In this document: positions 50,358 to 58,764 of the stretch, piece by piece
Position numbering within the stretch: the stretch's first letter is position 1
Layout: each line of letters begins with the position of its first letter
Assembly: GCA_016870535.1 (NCBI GenBank)
Contig: VGBK01000001.1
Coordinates: forward strand, 11,311 to 75,310
DNA: 64,000 nucleotides
Origin: Actinomycetota bacterium
Lineage (GTDB): Bacteria > Actinomycetota > Acidimicrobiia > Spongiisociales > UBA11373
Direction of reading: 5' to 3'
The notes under the pieces: generated by a model
Seen by the model: the letters and a program-made list of their open reading frames with translations, nothing else
The model's database searches: none
Told to the model about the DNA's origin: nothing
Position numbers and translations under genes: made by a program

Positions 50358-51563
50358 TCAGGGGCCGGCCACCTCCCACACCGTGCCGGCCGGGGTGTCG
50401 TGCACTTCGACGGCCATCGACAGCAGGGCGCGACGAATGGCGTCGGCGTCGGCCCAGCGGCCGGCGGCGCGCGCCCGGGAGCGTACCTCCAGCAGCGAGT
50501 CGACCACCGCCGCCCGCCCTTCTGGGGTGGGGGCCGCCCCGGCCAGGGCGGCATTGAAGCGGGTCACCATGCCCCGCAGCACCGTGTGGGCCCGGGCCGC
50601 GTCTTGCTCGTCCCACTGCTCGTGGGCGTCCTCCAGGGCCAGGATGGCATCGAGGGCCCGCTGCCGGTCACCGGCCGCGACCGCAGCGGCGAAGGCGGTC
50701 TCCAGGGCGGCCGAGTCCGATCCGGTGGCCGGTGTGCCCGGCATTGCGACGGGGGCGGCTTCGTTCTCCCGGGGTTGGGGGCGCAGCCGCCCTAAAGGGA
50801 AGGCGTCTCCGGCCGCCAGGACCGTGGTCTCGCCTGCAGCCACCAGAGTCACCGTTCCCTTCCCCCACACCTCTCCTCGCCACGCCTCGGCGTCGAGCAC
50901 CACGGCGGTGTGCTCGTCGACGCCGATGACAGTCGTCTCGGCGGGGAGTTGCTCCACCAATCCGGTGAAGCGCGGCACCCCGAGCCAGCAGCGGCTGGTG
51001 TCGTGGGTGCCTCCCTCGGCGTTGTCCCAGTGGGGCACCACCGCAGCGGGGAGGCCCAGTGCCCCGAGCACGTCGAGGCCCTCGAGCCAGCACGGATCGG
51101 CTCCCACCTTGTAGATCTCATAGACCGGCAAAGAGAAGCGGCCCAGGGTGATCGACGCCGCCGAAGCCATGGTCACCGCGCCTCCGGCCGCCGCCTTGTC
51201 GGCCAGGATGTCCGGGACGGGGGTCCCCTTCCAGACGCGCAGGGCGTAGGAGGGGCTCCCCGGGCCGGAGAAGACCACGTCGGCCTGCCGCAGGGTGTCG
51301 AGGGCTTGTTCTCGGCGGGCGGGCGGTGTCGCTGGGGAGCGGAGGGAGGCCACCTCGACCCGGGCCATGGGGAGGCTGGTGCGGAAGAACTCCCGGGCTC
51401 GGGCGGTGAGTTCGTCGGCGTTCTCCTGGAAGCCGTAGGGGGTGTCGAGGATCGCCACCCGGGCACGTCCGGGGAACCGCTCGAAGACGGCCCGGTGCAC
51501 CGGGACCATGGTGGCGGTGGTCTCCCCCGATCCCATGATGGTGAGCAGGCGCGGCGGGGTCAT
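50358..51563 (-). CDS. Peptidase S51/cyanophycinase-like protein fused to a CysRS-type C-terminal helical domain
   Basis: MGSGET, GPGSP, ASAA nucleophile elbow, VPHWDN and GVDEHT. Tail RSRARAAGRWADADAIRRAL...VEVHDTPAGTVW. Confidence 0.7.
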   Translation of the reverse strand: MTPPRLLTIMGSGETTATMVPVHRAVFERFPGRARVAILDTPYGFQENADELTARAREFFRTSLPMARVEVASLRSPATPPARREQALDTLRQADVVFSGPGSPSYALRVWKGTPVPDILADKAAAGGAVTMASAASITLGRFSLPVYEIYKVGADPCWLEGLDVLGALGLPAAVVPHWDNAEGGTHDTSRCWLGVPRFTGLVEQLPAETTVIGVDEHTAVVLDAEAWRGEVWGKGTVTLVAAGETTVLAAGDAFPLGRLRPQPRENEAAPVAMPGTPATGSDSAALETAFAAAVAAGDRQRALDAILALEDAHEQWDEQDAARAHTVLRGMVTRFNAALAGAAPTPEGRAAVVDSLLEVRSRARAAGRWADADAIRRALLSMAVEVHDTPAGTVWEVAGP

Positions 51564-51687
51564 GGTGACGGCCGGAGATTACGCCGGGGGAGCCGACAAG
51601 GGCGACGAGTCGCCCTCCGCCCGCAGGCGAGCCGCCGGGGCGCGTAGCGACTAGCGTCGATCCGCCGATCCGACCGGAGGAAGCCCC

Positions 51688-53361
51688 GTGCCCCAGGACA
51701 TCTTCGCCCTCTGCGATTCCCTCGTCGATGAGACCGCAGCCCTATCGCCCACCCTGGCCACCATGGCGGGGATCCGGGGCTACGACCATCTCTGGGACGA
51801 TTTCAGCACCGCGGGCTACGAGCACCGACGCGCCGCCCTGCAGGACCAGGCGGCGCGGGTGCGGGCGGCCTCCAGCGGCGGGGACCCGTGGGGGGCCCTG
51901 GCCGCCGAAGTGGCCGTCGCCGCCATAGAGGACGAACTGACCGTCTTCGGCGCCTCCGAGCACCTGCGCGACCTCAACAACATCGACTCCACGCTGCAGC
52001 ACCTGCGCGACGTGTTCGAGCACATGGGCAAGGCATCCCGGGAAGACTGGGAGGCGGTGGCGTCACGGCTCGAAGGGCTGCCGGCGGCGGCCGCGGCCTA
52101 CCGCGAGCGCCTGGAGGACGGGCGGCGACGGGGCCTGGCGGTGGCCCGCCGCCAGGCGGTGGAAGGGGCGCGTCAGGCCCGGCACGCCGCGGGGGAGGCT
52201 TCGTCGCTGCGCCGCCTCGCCGCCGAGTGGGAGGCGGCGGGCCTCGGCGATGATGCGCTGGGCAGCAGGGTGGCCGAAGGCGTCGACCGGGCCCGGGCGG
52301 CCTTCGGCGAGATCGCCGCGTACCTGGAGCGGGACTACCTGCCCGACGCGGCGGAGGCCGACGCTGTGGGGGAGGAGCGCTACTCCCGCCTGGCCCGCCG
52401 GTTCCTGGGGTCGGCCCCCGACCTGCGGGAGACCTATGCCTGGGGTTGGGAGGAGGTGGGCCGCCTGCTGCGGCGGATGGACGAGACGGCGGCTGCCATC
52501 CGTCCCGGAGCCTCGCGGCCCGAGGCGTTCCGCCTGCTGGCGGAGGATCCGGAGCGCGCCGCGGGTTCCCCGGAGGAGTTCCGGGCCTTGATGCAGAGCC
52601 GCCAGGAGACGGCTCTGGCCGACCTGCAGGGGACGCACTTCGACGTGCCCGAGCCGATCCGGCGGGTGGAGGTCAAGCTGGCGCCTCCCGGCGGGGCCCT
52701 GGGGGCCTTCTACGTGGGGCCCAGCGAGGACTTCGCCCGGCCGGGGACGGTCTGGTTCGCCATCGGGGAGCAGCAGGTGATCCCCCTTTTCGACCAGGTG
52801 ACCACCGACTACCACGAGGGGTTCCCGGGCCATCACCTGCAGTGCGGTGTCCAGATGGTCTCGCCGGCGCGGCTCAGCCGCTACCAGAAGATGCTGGTGT
52901 GGTACCCGGGGAGCGGCGAGGGCTGGGCCCTCTACGCCGAGGACATCATGGAGGAACTGGGCTACCTGGAGAAGCCCGACTACCTCATGGGGAAACTGGC
53001 CGGAGAGATGCTGCGGGCCTGCCGGGTGGTCATCGACATCGGCTCACACCTGGGTCTCCGCCTACCCGGGGGCCAGGCCTTTCACCCGGGGGAGGAGTGG
53101 CGCTTCGAGACCGCAGTGGAGATGCTCGTTGACTACGCCGCTCAGGCGCCGGAGGTGGCCGAGTCCGAGGTGATCCGCTACCTCGGCTGGCCGGGCCAGG
53201 CCATCGCCTACAAGGTGGGCCAGCAGGCCATCCGCAACCTGCGGGCCGAGGCGGAGCGGCGGCACGGCGCCGCCTTCGACCGCAAGGCGTTCCACGGCCG
53301 TCTGCTGGAGATCGGCGCGGTGGGCCTCGACGTGCTGCGCCGCCACCTGGCGGACTTCTAG
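51688..53361 (+). CDS. DUF885 family protein (putative zinc metallopeptidase, no signal peptide)
   Basis: YHEGFPGHHLQ, EGWALYAE and PGQAIAYKVG. Confidence 0.88.
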   Translation: MPQDIFALCDSLVDETAALSPTLATMAGIRGYDHLWDDFSTAGYEHRRAALQDQAARVRAASSGGDPWGALAAEVAVAAIEDELTVFGASEHLRDLNNIDSTLQHLRDVFEHMGKASREDWEAVASRLEGLPAAAAAYRERLEDGRRRGLAVARRQAVEGARQARHAAGEASSLRRLAAEWEAAGLGDDALGSRVAEGVDRARAAFGEIAAYLERDYLPDAAEADAVGEERYSRLARRFLGSAPDLRETYAWGWEEVGRLLRRMDETAAAIRPGASRPEAFRLLAEDPERAAGSPEEFRALMQSRQETALADLQGTHFDVPEPIRRVEVKLAPPGGALGAFYVGPSEDFARPGTVWFAIGEQQVIPLFDQVTTDYHEGFPGHHLQCGVQMVSPARLSRYQKMLVWYPGSGEGWALYAEDIMEELGYLEKPDYLMGKLAGEMLRACRVVIDIGSHLGLRLPGGQAFHPGEEWRFETAVEMLVDYAAQAPEVAESEVIRYLGWPGQAIAYKVGQQAIRNLRAEAERRHGAAFDRKAFHGRLLEIGAVGLDVLRRHLADF

Positions 53362-53379
53362 GGAGGGGACGGGAGGGCC

Positions 53380-54662
53380 GTGGCCGCGTTCGTCGAGCCT
53401 CGCCGTCTGCCCCGGGTGCTGGGCCTGGGCCATGCCGTGCTGCTCGGCCTCGGTTCCATCGTCGGCACCGGGGTTTTCGTCAGCATCGGCGTGGCTGCGG
53501 GGATCACCGGCCCATCGGTGGTGCTCGCGGTGGTGCTGGCCGCCGGGGTGGCGGCGGCCAACGGCCTGAGCAGTGCCCAGTTGGCTGCGGCCCATCCGGT
53601 GAGCGGGGGGACGTACGAGTACGGGTACCGATACCTCGGGCGGCACTTCGGGTTCCTCGCCGGATGGGTTTTCCTGGCGGCGAAGGCGGCTTCGGCGGCT
53701 ACACCGCTCTCGTTCTGGGGCTGGGGGCCGGGACCTGGTCCCGGGTGGGGCTGGGGTTGGGGGCGGTGGCGGTGCTCACGGGCGTGGTGCTGACCGGAGC
53801 GCGGCTCTCGGCGGCGGCCAACGCGGTGATGGTGGCGGTGACCCTGGGAACCCTGCTCTTCTTCTCGGGGGCGGCGGCGGCGGCGACGCAGCCCTCCAAC
53901 TTCGCCCCGTTCTTCTCGGGGGGAGGGGCCGGCCTGCTCGAGGCGACCGCTCTCATGTTCGTGGCCTACACCGGGTACGGGCGCATCGCCACCCTGGGGG
54001 AGGAGGTGCGGGAGCCCCGCCGCACGATCCCGCGGGCCATCGTGATCACTCTGCTGGCCACCCTGGGCCTCTACGCCTTGGTGGCGAGCACGGGGGTGGG
54101 TGCGGTCGGAGCCTCCGGGCTGGCGGCGGCGGGGAAGACTGCGGCCCCGTTGGAGGTGGTGGGGCGGGACCTGGCCCTGCCGGGAGTGGACCGGGTGGTG
54201 GCAGTGGGCGCGGTGACTGCCATGGTCGGGGTGCTGCTGAACCTGTTGCTGGGGCTGTCGCGGGTAGCGCTGGCGATGGGCCGCCGTGGCGACCTTCCGG
54301 CCCCAACGGCCCGACTGGACCGGGCTGGCCGAACCCCGGCGGTTGCGGTGGTCGCGGTGGCGGTGCTCATCGGCGCCCTGGTGACGGTGGGCGACGTGCG
54401 CACCACCTGGTCGTTCAGCGCGTTCACCGTGCTCGTGTACTACGCGGTGACCAACCTGGCGGCGCTGCGCCTCCCCATAGCGGAGCGTCGCTTCCCCCGC
54501 TGGGTGGCGGCGGCCGGCCTGGTCGCCTGCCTCTCGCTGGCCTTCTTCGTGGACCGGGCGGTGTGGCTGGCGGGCCTGGCGCTCATCGCGGTGGGAATGG
54601 CCGGCCACGAGGTGGCCTTCCGCCGGCGGCGCAGTCGCGGCGCCTCCCTCTCTCGACCCTGA
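53380..54662 (+). pseudogene. APC family amino acid permease, frameshifted at ~53690-53702 (pseudogene or assembly error)
   Basis: Frame 1 gives GSIVGTGVF...HPVSGGTYEYG...AKAASAAT. Frame 2 gives GFGGY...AYTGYGRIATLGEEVREPRRTIPRA. Confidence 0.8.
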
Positions 54663-54887
54663 GCGAATCGCGGCGGCGCGCCCCTTCAGGAGAAACGGCC
54701 GCCGGCCGGGGACCCTGCGGCGTTGCGGATCTCGGGCCGGCTGCACCGACTCACCCCAACGCCCTGCAGCGCCGCCGCCTCAGCCGCCTTCTGGCTGGGT
54801 CCACCCCTGCCGGAGTCCGGCCTCCGCCGAGCCCCTCGTCCGTCTGATGGGCTTGCTCGCTCGGTCGTTTCGGCCTACAAAGGCAGC

Positions 54888-55823
54888 ATGACCCGCATCG
54901 CCCCGCCCCGACCGACGGCCTGGGTAGCGTCCGCGGTGGTGGTGCTCGCCGCCGCGTCGTGCGGCGGGGCCGAGGCGGTCCCCGCCGCGACCACCAGCAC
55001 CGTGGTCGAGGTGTCGCCGGCGTCGCCGCTGGTGGTGGGCGGCCCGGGCCGCTACGAGGTGAACCTGGTCTCCGGGGGCCTGGAGCGCCGCTTCCACCTG
55101 GTCGTCCCCGGCTCGATAGCGAAGCCCGCCCCCCTGGTGGTCGTGCTCCACGGGTTCACCCGCAGCGGCGCCGAGATCGACCGCACCTCGGGCATGTCGG
55201 CGCTGGCGGTGGAGGAGGGCTTCGTGGCGGCCTACCCCGACGGGACCGGCATCCCCCGGCGGTGGATCTCCAGCCCGCTGCTGGGGGACCTCGACGTGGT
55301 CTTCTTCCGGGACCTGGTGAAGGTGGTCTCCGGCGCGGTGGACATCGACCCGCGACGGGTATACGTCGCCGGCTTCTCCAACGGGGGCGGCATGGCGGCC
55401 CGCCTCGCCTGCGACGCCGCCGACCTGGTAGCCGCGGTGGGGCCGGTGGCCGCCGCCTACCCCGGCGGGCCCTGCGATCCCGCTCGGCCGGTGCCGGTGT
55501 TGGCCATCCACGGCACCGCCGACCCGATCGTGCCGTATGAGGGACTCGGGGAGGTGCTGCCCGCAGTAGAGGGGGTCGTGGCGGGCTGGGTGGCCCGCAA
55601 CGGCTGCGCCCCGGCCCCCACCGTCGAAGGTGTGGCCCCCGAAGTGACTCGGGCATCCTGGGCCGGATGCGGCGCCGGAGCCGACGTCCTGCTGTACCGG
55701 GTGGAGGGGGGCCGGCACGGCTGGCCGGGTTCGAGCGACCGGACGCCGTGGGGCAAGACCACCGACGCCATCGATGCCGCGGCGCTGCTCTGGGAGTTCT
55801 TCGCCGCCCACCCCATGCCCTGA
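54888..55823 (+). CDS. PHB-depolymerase/LpqC-like alpha/beta hydrolase lipoprotein
   Basis: Lipobox AAASC, PLVVVLHG, GFSNGG nucleophile, HGTADPIVPY and GGRHGWPG. Confidence 0.87.
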   Translation: MTRIAPPRPTAWVASAVVVLAAASCGGAEAVPAATTSTVVEVSPASPLVVGGPGRYEVNLVSGGLERRFHLVVPGSIAKPAPLVVVLHGFTRSGAEIDRTSGMSALAVEEGFVAAYPDGTGIPRRWISSPLLGDLDVVFFRDLVKVVSGAVDIDPRRVYVAGFSNGGGMAARLACDAADLVAAVGPVAAAYPGGPCDPARPVPVLAIHGTADPIVPYEGLGEVLPAVEGVVAGWVARNGCAPAPTVEGVAPEVTRASWAGCGAGADVLLYRVEGGRHGWPGSSDRTPWGKTTDAIDAAALLWEFFAAHPMP

Positions 55824-55881
55824 GCGCGCCGGGGCCCGGCGCTTCGGCCGGGCCCCGTGACCTGCCTGGGTGGCGGATCGG

Positions 55882-56496
55882 TCAGTTGGTGTACGGGACC
55901 GAGAAGGTGAGCATGCCGGTGCAGGCCACCTCGCCCGCTTCGGGCACACCGGCCTGGGAGCCCAGGGGTCCGTCATCCCAGACCCCGGAGAAGATGATGA
56001 TGTTCCCGCGCTGGCCGGTGGCGGCATCGCCCGGCGCCTTGAAGCCCAGGTTGACGCGCAGCACGTCGTCCAACTGGGCGGCGGTGGGCGGGTCGGCGCC
56101 GAGGTCCACGGTGCTGACGATGGCCTGCCAGGTGTAGCCGGTGATGTCTGCCGCGTCGAGGCCGTTGGACGAGCAGACGCCCCCGCTGCGCATCAGGTTC
56201 CGGAGCACGGGTGCCAGGGCCTTGCCCACGGGCCCGCCCCAGTTGCCGGTGAGGTCGAAGTTGGAGGCGTATTGGTAGGCGATGTTGCTGGTCCCCACCA
56301 GCAGCACCACCCGGCCCACCTGCGTGTCGAGGGTCGACCGGCTCAAGGGGAACAGGCTCAACTTCACCTGGGCGGTCCCGTTGGCCGCCAGGCTCTTGGG
56401 GGTGATGCTGAACGCCCGGATCTGGAAGCAGCCGCTGGTGACCAGGGCGACCACCAGCAGCAGGGCCAGGAGCAGCCAAGTGCGCTGCCGCTTCAT
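55882..56496 (-). CDS. Hypothetical lipoprotein
   Basis: SD GAGGAGG, signal MKRQRTWLLL...VTSGC, beta-rich mature domain with two further Cys. Confidence 0.75.
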   Translation of the reverse strand: MKRQRTWLLLALLLVVALVTSGCFQIRAFSITPKSLAANGTAQVKLSLFPLSRSTLDTQVGRVVLLVGTSNIAYQYASNFDLTGNWGGPVGKALAPVLRNLMRSGGVCSSNGLDAADITGYTWQAIVSTVDLGADPPTAAQLDDVLRVNLGFKAPGDAATGQRGNIIIFSGVWDDGPLGSQAGVPEAGEVACTGMLTFSVPYTN

Positions 56497-56606
56497 TTCG
56501 TCCCTCCTCAGGGGTTGGGCGCGCGACGTTAGATAGCACTGTGCGGGTAGTTGTATCGGTCTGGGCCCTGCCGGGCCCTTCGGCCGGGCTCCTACACTCG
56601 CCGTTC

Positions 56607-57356
56607 GTGAGGCTGCGGGTTCTCGGCTCCAACGGCACCTACCCCACTCCCGGCCAACCCTGCTCCGGGTACCTGGTGGAGGCGGGCGGGACCCGGATCA
56701 TGCTCGATGCGGGGCCCGGGACGGTGGCCGCGTGGCAGGAGGCCGACCCGGCCGGGCATCTGGATGCCCTGGTGGTCACCCACGCCCATCCCGACCACTG
56801 CTCCGACGTGTTCCACCTGTTCAACCTGCTCCGTTTCGGCCCCAACTCCCGCTCCGGCCTGCCGGCCCTGGCCCCGGACGGCGTGGCCGCAGCCCTCGCC
56901 GCCTTCCTGGGGGTGGGTGAGGACCACGCCTTCCACCGGGTGTTCGCCTGGCGGACCGTGGCGCCGGGCGACTCGGTGCAGGTGGGAGAGGCCGCCCTGG
57001 CCTTCGCCGCCACGCAACACCAGTTGCCGACGCTGGGCGTCTCGGTGTCCGTGCCGGGGCGCCGCCTGGTCTACTCGGCCGACACCGGGCCCGGCGGCGG
57101 CCTGCCCGCCCTGGCCGCCGGCGCCGACCTGCTGCTCTGCGAGGCGACCCTGCAGGGTGAGGGGGCCGACGGAGGCTGGCCCTACCACCTGAGCGCGGCC
57201 CAGGCCGGCACCCTGGCTCGTGAGGCCGGGGTGGGGCGCCTGCTGCTGACACACCTGGCCCCTATGTTGGACCCTGCTCGCTCTGCTGCCGAGGCCGCCG
57301 CGACTTTCGGGGGCCCGGTTCAGTGGGCGGCTCCCGGCATGGAGGTGGAAGTATGA
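56607..57356 (+). CDS. MBL-fold metallo-hydrolase (RNase Z/BN-like)
   Basis: CSGYLV, LDAGPG, THAHPDH, YSADTG, LCEAT and LLLTH. Conserved position before rph. Confidence 0.88.
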   Translation: MRLRVLGSNGTYPTPGQPCSGYLVEAGGTRIMLDAGPGTVAAWQEADPAGHLDALVVTHAHPDHCSDVFHLFNLLRFGPNSRSGLPALAPDGVAAALAAFLGVGEDHAFHRVFAWRTVAPGDSVQVGEAALAFAATQHQLPTLGVSVSVPGRRLVYSADTGPGGGLPALAAGADLLLCEATLQGEGADGGWPYHLSAAQAGTLAREAGVGRLLLTHLAPMLDPARSAAEAAATFGGPVQWAAPGMEVEV

Positions 57357-58060
57357 GACTCGGACGAGGCCCCGATGAGTTGCGCCCGGTGCGCCTGGTG
57401 CGCGGCTACACCGAGATGACCCCGGGCTCGGTGCTCATCGAGATGGGCCGCACCCGGGTGCTGTGCACTGCCTCGTTCGATCCCGAAGGCCCGCGCTGGC
57501 TGCGCGCCGAGGGCCGGGGCTGGGTCACCGCCGAATACGCCATGCTGCCGGGGTCCAGCAAGGAGCGGATCCCCCGCAGTTCCGTCTCCGGAGGCCGGGT
57601 CAAGGAGATCCAGCGCCTGATCGGCCGCGCCCTGCGCGCGGTGGTCGATCGGGAGGCCATGGGGGAGGGGACGGTGCGGGTCGACTGCGACGTGCTGCAG
57701 GCCGACGGCGGGACGCGCACCGCCGCCATCACCGGCGCCTGGCTGGCCCTATACGACGCCTTCACCGGAGCCGTCGAGCAAGGACTGCTGGCGGCTCATC
57801 CTGTGGTCGACCACTGCGCCGCAGTGAGCGTGGGCCTGGTGGGCGACACCGCGCTGCTCGACCTGGACTACGAGGAGGACGCCGGGGCCGACGTCGACCT
57901 GAACGTCGTGATGACCGGCGGCGGCGGCCTCGTCGAGGTCCAGGGAACCGCCGAGGGCCGGGCCTTCAGCCGCGAGCAACTGAGCGCCCTGCTCGACCTG
58001 GCGGAGAGCGGGGTGGCCGGCCTGATCGAGGCGCAGCGCCGGGCCTTGGCGGGGCCATGA
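57353..58060 (+). CDS. rph: Ribonuclease PH
   Basis: GWVTAEYAMLP, EIQRLIGRALR, CDVLQADGGTRTA, LDYEED and EVQGTAE. Confidence 0.96.
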   Translation: MRLGRGPDELRPVRLVRGYTEMTPGSVLIEMGRTRVLCTASFDPEGPRWLRAEGRGWVTAEYAMLPGSSKERIPRSSVSGGRVKEIQRLIGRALRAVVDREAMGEGTVRVDCDVLQADGGTRTAAITGAWLALYDAFTGAVEQGLLAAHPVVDHCAAVSVGLVGDTALLDLDYEEDAGADVDLNVVMTGGGGLVEVQGTAEGRAFSREQLSALLDLAESGVAGLIEAQRRALAGP

Positions 58061-58632
58061 GCCTGCCGCCACGCCTGGTGCTGGCCACCAAGAACCGCGA
58101 CAAGGTGCGGGAAGCGCGGGCCGTCCTGGCCGAGGTGGCGCCGGGGGTCGAGTTGGTCGAGGGCTTCGACTGGCCCGACGTCGAGGAGACCGGGGCGACC
58201 CTCGAAGAGAATGCCCTGCTGAAGGCCCGGGCGGTGGCCGCTGCGACCGGACTGGCCGCCGTCGCCGATGACACCGGCCTGGAGGTGGCCGCCCTCGGCG
58301 GGGCGCCGGGGGTGCATGCGGCGCGCTACGCCGGCCCCGAAGCCGGGTACGCCGCCAACCGGCGCGCCCTGCTCGAAGCCCTCGAGGGAGCGACCGACCG
58401 GCGGGCCCGCTTCCGCACTGTGGTGGCGCTCGTGGTGCCCGGCGGCGAGGAGGTGCTGGCCGAGGGCGCGCTCGATGGGTTCATCACCAGAGAAGAGCGG
58501 GGAGGCGGGGGGTTCGGCTACGACCCCATCTTCGCGGTCGAGGGTCGCACGCTGTCCGAAATGGGGGAGGACGAGAAGAACCGCATCAGCCATCGGGCAC
58601 GGGCGCTGACCGCGCTGACAGAACTCGCCTGA
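58057..58632 (+). CDS. rdgB: dITP/XTP pyrophosphatase (RdgB/HAM1)
   Basis: LATKN, ENALLKA, ADDTGL, GFGYDPIF and KNRISHR. Confidence 0.95.
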   Translation: MSLPPRLVLATKNRDKVREARAVLAEVAPGVELVEGFDWPDVEETGATLEENALLKARAVAAATGLAAVADDTGLEVAALGGAPGVHAARYAGPEAGYAANRRALLEALEGATDRRARFRTVVALVVPGGEEVLAEGALDGFITREERGGGGFGYDPIFAVEGRTLSEMGEDEKNRISHRARALTALTELA

Positions 58633-58639
58633 GAGCCGG

Positions 58640-58724
58640 TGCGGGCGGTGGGACTCGAACCCACATCGGGCTGGCGCCCACCGGATCCTAAGTCCGGCGC
58701 CTATGCCAATTCGGCTACGCCCGC
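58640..58724 (-). tRNA. tRNA-Leu(TAG)
   Basis: GCGGGCG acceptor stem, CCGGA-CTTAGGA-TCCGG anticodon arm, long variable arm, GGTTCGAGTCC. Confidence 0.95.
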
Positions 58725-58764
58725 GGCAGGGCCAGGGTAGTGGGCCGGGCTTCGGCGGTAGGCG

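Noticed and set aside
53688..53702. Programmed frameshift in the APC permease
   Set aside because: No slippery heptamer or internal SD, and residues appear to be missing, which favours a deletion.
54663..54880. Possible MITE or ncRNA in a 220-bp intergenic region, sharing a short GGCTCGGCGGAG-like stretch with 9414-9447
   Set aside because: Only weak, GC-rich complementarity with no convincing terminal inverted repeat or target duplication. Cannot be told from chance without a genome-wide search.
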